Part shown: piece after piece, positions 56,186 through 64,000 of the stretch
Layout: the number at the start of each line of letters is the position of its first letter
Numbering within the stretch: the stretch's first letter is position 1
DNA from: Octopus sinensis
Taxonomy: Eukaryota
Direction of reading: 5' to 3'
Assembly (NCBI RefSeq): GCF_006345805.1
Contig: NW_021833047.1
Span: 1 to 64,000, forward strand
DNA length: 64,000 nt
Notes under the pieces: model-generated
The model's database searches: none
What the model was told of the DNA's origin: nothing
Seen by the model: the letters and a program-made list of their open reading frames with translations, nothing else
Translations under genes and position numbers: made by a program

Positions 56186-57484
56186 AAGATGATGTATTAA
56201 ACAGTTCCCGGACTAGTTCTGTAGCGCGCCAACAGATGGCAGCACACGGTTGAGTGCGCAGTAGGAGCTAGCAGTGATGGTGATGAGGCACTGGGATGAG
56301 TGATATTGCTGCGTTTACTTTGCAAGATGTGAAATTTTTGATATTGTAAGCTGCAATCTGCGATTTCGTGATGGGCAGGAGGTTGGAACAAAGAGCCAAC
56401 GTGGAATTTGGCGTTAAATTTGGTACGACTTCTACAGAGACATTGATTATGCTTTGGCAAAATTACGGTAACGAGGGAATTGATTTTACGCAATGTTACG
56501 AGTGGCACGTGCTCTTCTAAAACAAAATAACATCCCTGGAAGACGAAGAGCGATCTGGAAGATTTACCACGGGCGTCACCCCAGGAGATTGGAGAAAATT
56601 CCTCAACTTGGGAATGATGATCGCCGGAGGACAATCAGCGACATTGATGATGTTGTTGGTCTGTCGTGTGGATTCGTACAGACAATCTTAACATCTGAAC
56701 TGGACATCCGGTGTGTCTCTGCCAAGTTTGTCCCTCCTACTGAACAATCAGTAGAAAGAACATTGCGTCAATGTCTGTCAAGATGTCAGTCAGCCTGCCG
56801 CTGTTGACTGATCCTTCATGTCAAGGATCATTATTGGTAATGAGAGTTGGATCCACAAATACGACCCTGAGATGAAGCAGCAATTGTCACAATGGAAAAT
56901 CCCTTCATCTCCACGACCTAAGACAGCAGGACAGAACCGCAGTTCAATCAAGAGCGTGCTGATCGTTTTTGTTTTCAACATCTGCATTATTGTGCATCAA
57001 GAATTCATCCCCCAGAGCCACACAGTGAATTGGCAGTTCTTACTACGACGTTTTGAGAAAGGACATTCGGCGAAACGACCGGTTATGCAGATCGCGAAAA
57101 ACCGGATTCTTCATGGCCACAATGCACCCTGCTACCGAGTTCTCCTCACTCATGAATTTCTCGCCAAAAACTACACGGTATCGCTTCTACATCATCCCTA
57201 TTCGTCACATTTAGCCGACTTCCTGCAGACATCCATCTCTTCCCCAAGACTAAAAGGCAATCGAAAGGTCGCCATTTTAACACCTTTGTCCTTTTCCTGA
57301 ACCGAATCGCAGATGGTCCTCGAGTCGCTTAAGGAAAACGACTTTCAGGTCGGATACCAAAAGTGGCAGGAACGCTGAGACCGGTCTATTTCCGCACAAG
57401 TCGACTATTCTGAAGGAGATGATGTGAAAACTTGGACAATTTATTTTTCAATAAACATAACGGGAAGTTTTTGGTACCACTTCG
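56186..57484 (+). mobile_element. mariner relic inserted at a TA in the paralog intron
   Basis: IIIGNESWIHKYDPE, HNAPCY, HPYSSHLA; right TIR ...ggtaccacttcg followed by TA; empty site aaatgTAcctgtggatc at ~12394-12410. Confidence 0.85.
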
Positions 57485-57719
57485 TAATTGTGGATCAGTT
57501 TTACTACATCTTTTAAAAAGGCTTATTAATTATTAAATTAATGCTAATCTATTTAACAAAGAATAAGTAGGACTAATAATGCGATGAAGAAGAAAGCGAT
57601 ATTTATTAATTTCTATATATTTTTTCGGCAAGAACTGGACACAGAAGATCAATGAATAAAAGATGAACAAGAAACAGAAACAAAGAACGCAAAAAATAAA
57701 CAATAAAAATTGGTCTTAC

Positions 57720-57815
57720 TGTCAAGAATATAATAAGAGTCGAAAACTCTTATACCACATCCCACGGAGTTAATCTTCTCCAGTGTAAGGGACTGGTTAA
57801 GGTCATTCCAAAGTT
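57720..57815 (-). CDS. Paralogous penultimate exon (96 nt, intact)
   Basis: atttcag|AA...GAC A|gtaaga; LWNDLNQSLTLEKINSVGCGIRVFDSYYILD. Confidence 0.72.
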
Positions 57816-58239
57816 CTGAAATGGAATAAAAGTAAAAAAGACCGTCGTAGTTTTAATGTTTTCCATGATTTCTTTAATATTAATCAAGGAATTCTAATCT
57901 CTTTCATACAATCGACTTTCCTATTTATATAAGACGATTTTATATAAGAAATCATGACTTTTTAAATATATGTTGTTTTATTTACTATCAGTTATTTCTA
58001 GTATTAACACAAGGCCTCATGTATGAAGGGAGGGAACAGACGTTTAGAAAGGTTCTACGATGTTACTGGTGTGTTACCGATATATTATTTCATGTGTAAT
58101 TAGACCGTATTGGAAAAAGAAAACCGATATTCTTCTTTGAGCGTTTGATGACTTATGTAGAGTATAAATGAATCATTTTTAACGTTGTATGCTATGTTTT
58201 AATATAGAAAAATAAACAATACAACACACAAGTCTGTCC

Positions 58240-59290
58240 TACACATGATAGCAGACGTTCGAGGTTACTCCTCAAGTTATCAACGCTTGGGCACTGAACG
58301 AGTTTGTGCAAAACACTTGTGTCCTTTGTACTCATCTCAAGCATACTTCAATTCACAACGTTTTTATGTGGCGTGTATAGTTTATACCGAGCTAGTAGTG
58401 TCTACTAGTAGGACAACCAGGCCCAAAAATCTTTGGAAATTATCTCTGGGCTCCGGCTTGCAGGTAGAAGGGACCAGCCTGTTGACGTTTGCCGACACCC
58501 AGAGTCTTCTCGACAACGCCGTCGCTCTTTCTTTACCACAGTTCGACCGTAGAACGCCAAACTGGGGTTTCTGTATTGGTTGACTGGCAGAGGGTTGTGA
58601 GCGTCTGACTACACTCTAGATGTGTCAGAAAATCTGTCTTAGTCTACGTTTGATCCTGCTTGACTGTAACACTTCCAAAGAGACGAGCTGCGGAAAAGTG
58701 AGTCTGAGAAACGGCGACCACACCTGCTGAGTGCCAATCAAACTCTGGAGGTGTCGCAACCGCAGCGCACGACTGCCCATCGTCAGCCAGGGTATGCCCA
58801 GTTTTCCATCTAGTAGGTGTCGACAGCAAATGGATCGTATGACGAGTGAAACGTGTGAATTCCAAAGAATGCGGAAAGACAGGTGGCAATATATGATGGA
58901 AATGGTGTAAGCATTCGCCGCCTCTGTTCCACCTTCCAAGGATAACTTCTTCTCGGCTAATTTCTGAGTAAAGTTGGTCACCCTGCTCTTTCCAGAGCTT
59001 CTCTACATGGAGATCTGGACGAAACCAGTTACCGAGTAATTTTCCCTACCCGTCCATCCAGCGCATAATGTTGTTGTTGGACTGATCGACCAACATCTCT
59101 AGGCACAGAGCTGCAGAACGAGTTTTGATGACACTGCTCGTAGTCCCTTAGAGGTTGCTGTCAGACTCTGTGACAATGCGTTTAATAAAGTTATAGTCCG
59201 AAAATTATCACGAGATTCCCGTTGTTCGGGTCACTTCCCAGCTGTGATACCACTGTCCTACTCACAGCAATGGGAATTACCCTGTTTTGC
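58240..59290 (-). mobile_element. L1/Tx1-like LINE relic (post-RT region)
   Basis: KKLSLEGGTE...FRILWNSHVSLVIRSICC..GKLGIPWL..RALRLRHL resembles the L1-clade LSLxGR...FLW...GGLG pattern. Confidence 0.6.
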
Positions 59291-59699
59291 AGTCATTCCT
59301 AGTTAATATTTGTCAAGAGGTCTTCAAAGAAGTGTGGCATGCAAAAGTAAAATTCATAGGGCAGAACATCGAGACCAAGAGATTTTTTCCTCCAACATCC
59401 ATTCAGTCAACCATCAATCCCCGTATTTCAGCAGCCTTATCAGCTCTTGGCAGCACTCCGCCTACACACACACACAGACTGGCATGCAGGAATACACACG
59501 TAGGTATGTCTGTACGTAAGTATGCATGTATGTATACGTGTATGTATACATGTATGTATGTGTGTGCATATATGTGTGTATGTGCATGTATGTATGTACG
59601 TATATATGCATGCATGTACGTATATATGTATGTATGTATGCATGTACGTACGTATGTATGTCGGCCACAGCCAGACACACAGTGTCCTTTCTCATCCTT

Positions 59700-61800
59700 T
59701 CATGTGATATCCTGGGTCATCGTCGACAACAACGGAAGAACTAATAATGTATAGTATAATAAAACCCATCCCAGAAGAAACGGAAGCTCGAAGATAATTA
59801 ATGGGAAAATGGCAACAGAGGAAAGGCAGACATACTATCGGAACCAGGAAAAGTGAGAGCACAGAGCAATAAGGCAAAATAGAAGTCCACGGATGAAGAA
59901 ATCCACGTAGAATTCAGCAGAACTAGGAATGGAAATGAGAAGAACTGAAATATCTTTGACTCTGAGGTAAAGGCACCAACTAGATTTTTTTAATTCTGAA
60001 ACTATCTTGGAAATGGAACACGTTGCCGACAACCGTCTCCTAAAGAAAAAAAAAGAAAAACACAAACAAATGATGCACGGACACAGTTCTATAGTGAGCA
60101 AGAGAACCAAAACCAGTTCTATTCTCAAGAAAAGCATAAAAGACCGATCCCAAACTTCATTGTCACCTCTCGAATGAATGACATCGATATTTCACCAAAG
60201 GCCAAGCAATCTCTAAGTCGACATTACAATTTCCCTTCCTCATAAGGAGAAACAATCAACGAAAACTAACCGAAAGACACCAAAGGAACCTAAATTCCAA
60301 AAAAGTCACTGAACAACCACTGACATATACATCAATGTTACCTGGACAAATGATTTGAAATTAAGGTCAATAAAAACAGGTGCTGCACGTGAAGTCCACC
60401 GTCTATAGAATTTTTTAGATATCCCCCTGAAGCCATTTCTCAAGTATATCAAAGCTTCGTAAGAGATGACCTAGATATTCTAAATCATTTCCCGAAAATA
60501 CTCAACGAATAAACTTCGGTAGTATCTTTCAATGCAGTGAATTTTTATTTAAACTCCTTTCGCCGCTTGGGAATTGAGGTTATGCTATTCTTTTTGGTTA
60601 ATAATATAGATGGACTCACCCATCGCATAAAAAGAAGAATTTATAATAGAGCGGCTAAAATTTATTTCAGAAAATAATTACTTTACGCTCAATGCCAACA
60701 TTTTCCGACAAAAAACTGGAACTGTCTGCGTTGCGACCGAAAACAGAACCCGCATTTGCGAATCTAGTAATTACACTATACTAAATAAAAAAAGAAAACA
60801 TGAGGAAAATATGGAAACTCTTTCTCCATATACAACAAAAAAAAACTGGAAAAGCTCGACGATTGCATCTTTCTTCGGAATGGAAGCTTAAGGAAGCTAA
60901 AAGAATTTGAAACACTCTTCAATAAAATTAAGGAAAATATTCAATTCAATATAGAATATAGTCATAAACAATCTTCATTTTCGGAATTCCTTATGACGAA
61001 TGTCTCAACCAAATAGAAATGGACATTTATTATAAACCAACGGACGCCAGACAATATCTTTCATTCAATTCATGCCATCAGAGGCATACCAGAATGAATG
61101 TCCCTTGTAACAAAGCTAAAAGTATTTGTACAATAGTATCTGATACAAACATCCGTGACATAAGACCCCCAAGAACGGAATGATGCATGTCTTGATAGGA
61201 ATAATTCATATTAAATTCCATAACATGCAGTTACTGAAGAAAGACCGCAAATTAAGCCAAATCCTCCAGACAAACTATCTTAAAGAGTAATAGACAACTG
61301 AAATTAATAACAAAATATTTAACAAAGACCAAACTTCCCACAATAGCGATAAAAGAGAAAAAGAAGCGTAAAAAATGCGGAAGATTCAAATGTGGTTTAT
61401 GTTTCAGTCTAAGAGAAGGGACAGAGAACCGTTTAGGCAAGGACAAGTCTTCACATTAACAAAAATCTTTATTTCTGCAACTGAAAACTTAATCTAGGCA
61501 ATAACATTCTCAGGATGTGTGACATTTTACATCGGATAGGCAAAAAACGTTTTAAGGCATCGCATGAGCCTTCGTCGATCGGAAATTAAAATACAGGAAT
61601 ACAGAAGATAGGATTCAGTGAATATATAGAAACAGGCGCAAGCAGAAACAACCAAACTTTACGATGTTTTCTCTCAATGAATTTGGTGGTTATACAATTG
61701 AACGGCAATATACCAATGAAGAAATGTCTTTCATAACAAAATACTAAACGAGTCTAAATTCATTTGGCAGAGAAAGGGAGGCAACAACAATCAACGAGAA
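59700..61800 (+). mobile_element. Penelope-like element relic (RT plus GIY-YIG)
   Basis: NIQFNIEYS...MDIYYKPTDARQYLSFNSCH..HT..NVP...ICTIV; NLI*AITFSGCVTFYIG...LRHRM (GIY-YIG). Confidence 0.8.
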
Positions 61801-62106
61801 TACTGCAACCCTTATTTGGGTTACTATGGACATTGGGAAAACGTCTTAGAAAATTTTAAAGTACCACAAAAAACCGTTAGAAGGAAAAACTTTTAAATGC
61901 TGAGAAAACCTCTCAGATTTTCTGACAACGATTCACAAAATCTCGGAAAATATCAAAGAATCTCAAAAGTGTTTTTGAAAAGTCTCAAAAGTTTTAATGT
62001 TCTAAAGTTTCAGAAGATTCAAAAAGATCCTGCATGTCAGACATAGAGGGGGAGATAGACTGATAGAGAGGGAGGTAGATTGAGAGGGAAGTAGATATAT
62101 AGATAA

Positions 62107-62653
<547 letters not shown>

Positions 62654-62767
62654 TACTGAACTTTCCAGAAGTTCCTGACGATGAATTTGTCATATTTACA
62701 TACCGAAATTTACCGGTAAATAATTGTTGGTTATTTGAAAAACCACTGAAAAATTATTTACCATTTT

Positions 62768-62801
<34 letters not shown>

Positions 62802-62807
62802 ATATAT

Positions 62808-62874
<67 letters not shown>

Positions 62875-62875
<1 letters not shown>

Positions 62876-63661
62876 GTGGTCTCATCAGTAATTATCCAGA
62901 CAGTGAAGCCGCTTGGCACAGATTGACCTTGAATACTAATCCGCAGGAGCACTAAGATTTAACTCTCTAGCTCTATTCCGCTGTTTGCTGTTTACAGCAG
63001 TGTTTAGAAGGAAGGTGTGTAGCGAGTGATTGTCGTATTGACCATGACAGAACCTGCATAAAATCTTGACAAAATCTTGGCAATACCTGTTCAGAGGCCT
63101 CTGTAAAGTTTTCAAAATGGTTTCATCGTTCTCGAGGATATCTTGTGCAACTGAAACCGAGTTTCTTGGCAGACACTCGTCTCATACCCAAATCCCCAGT
63201 GATAATGGACTAAACTAAACCGTAACTAATCTACACACATTCTGATAATTCAAGGATGCTGATTCGACGATTTCCCATCGCAGCTACACGCACATCTGCG
63301 ATGCTTTCTTCAATTCTGCTGGTTGTGGGTCTCCCAGAACATTCGTCAATATAATATCGATATATTTTCGGGCATCTTGCAAACGCCTGAATCACTCATA
63401 CACTCCTCTACATACACTTACTGAAATTTTTCGTAGGCCTCTGAGCAGGTATCGCTGACAACTTTTCATGGTCAGTGAGACGATCACACGCTACACATGT
63501 TCCTTCCAAGCACTATTGTAAACAGTGGAAGTGAGATAGACGTTAAAATTTAGTGCGTATGCGCAGCAGAGCTCAAGGCCAACCTTTGCTGGGCGGCTTA
63601 CTCTGAGTACTTTAGCCTCGTTACTATAACATCAGTCCGGATACTCATGGATCAGACCTAG
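62875..63661 (-). mobile_element. Internally deleted mariner inserted in (TA)n
   Basis: TIR-like ends cgtggtctcatcagtaattatccagac / cagtccggatactcatggatcagacctag; GVYE*FRRLQD...NRRISILELSE...DLGMRRVSAK. Confidence 0.72.
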
Positions 63662-63708
<47 letters not shown>

Positions 63709-64000
63709 CGGAGAGAGAGAGAGAGAGAGAGAGTGAGCGAGAGTGAGAGAGAAGACGTGGGGAGAGTGAGAGAGAGGAGTACAGCTAATTATATACACAC
63801 GACTGTAAAAAAAGTATATAGATAAGTAGACAGTTAATTAGGTAGATAGGTTAGATAGTTCTATGAATAGATGGATACATACATATATCAATCCAAGAAC
63901 AAGCAATAAAAAACAACGCGAGGACGTGGAACAAGTACTGTGTTATTAGACGCTCAGAAAAGGAAAGAAAATGAAAGAGGAACTCACACTTCGAGCGGAG

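Larger units (their letters stand above)
53350..57835 (-). repeat. Segmental duplicate copy 3 (3' end of an upstream paralog), with a mariner inserted at 56186-57484
   Basis: Colinear with 9161-12750; lacks the segment equivalent to ~10150-10465. Confidence 0.9.

Overview
AT-rich, microsatellite-dense metazoan genomic DNA, most likely an octopus (inferred from the SINE and LINE families and the repeat landscape). There is no rRNA, true tRNA or CRISPR array. The only recognisable host gene is a minus-strand, multi-exon gene (ATG 32601 to TGA 11820). It encodes a secreted protein with three PAN/Apple-like modules, and all predicted introns are phase 1. Its last two exons lie in a ~4-5 kb unit present three times: an inverted, frameshifted copy (934-6035), the gene's own copy (9205-12897) and an intact paralogous copy (53350-57835). 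These copies show patchwork identity. The rest is transposon-derived: three R4/Dong-type RLE LINEs stacked head-to-tail at (TAA)n tracts, a CR1-like LINE nested in a mariner, several mariner/Tc1/pogo relics, Tx1- and HERO-like relics, tRNA-derived SINEs, four fold-back MITEs and many Penelope-like (PLE) relics. The PLE-type termini carry minimal type I hammerhead ribozyme motifs with palindromic stem III. One has a complete catalytic core (36183-36268), and a degenerate one is fused behind a tRNA-derived SINE head (39646-40133). All calls were made by eye; TE boundaries are approximate.
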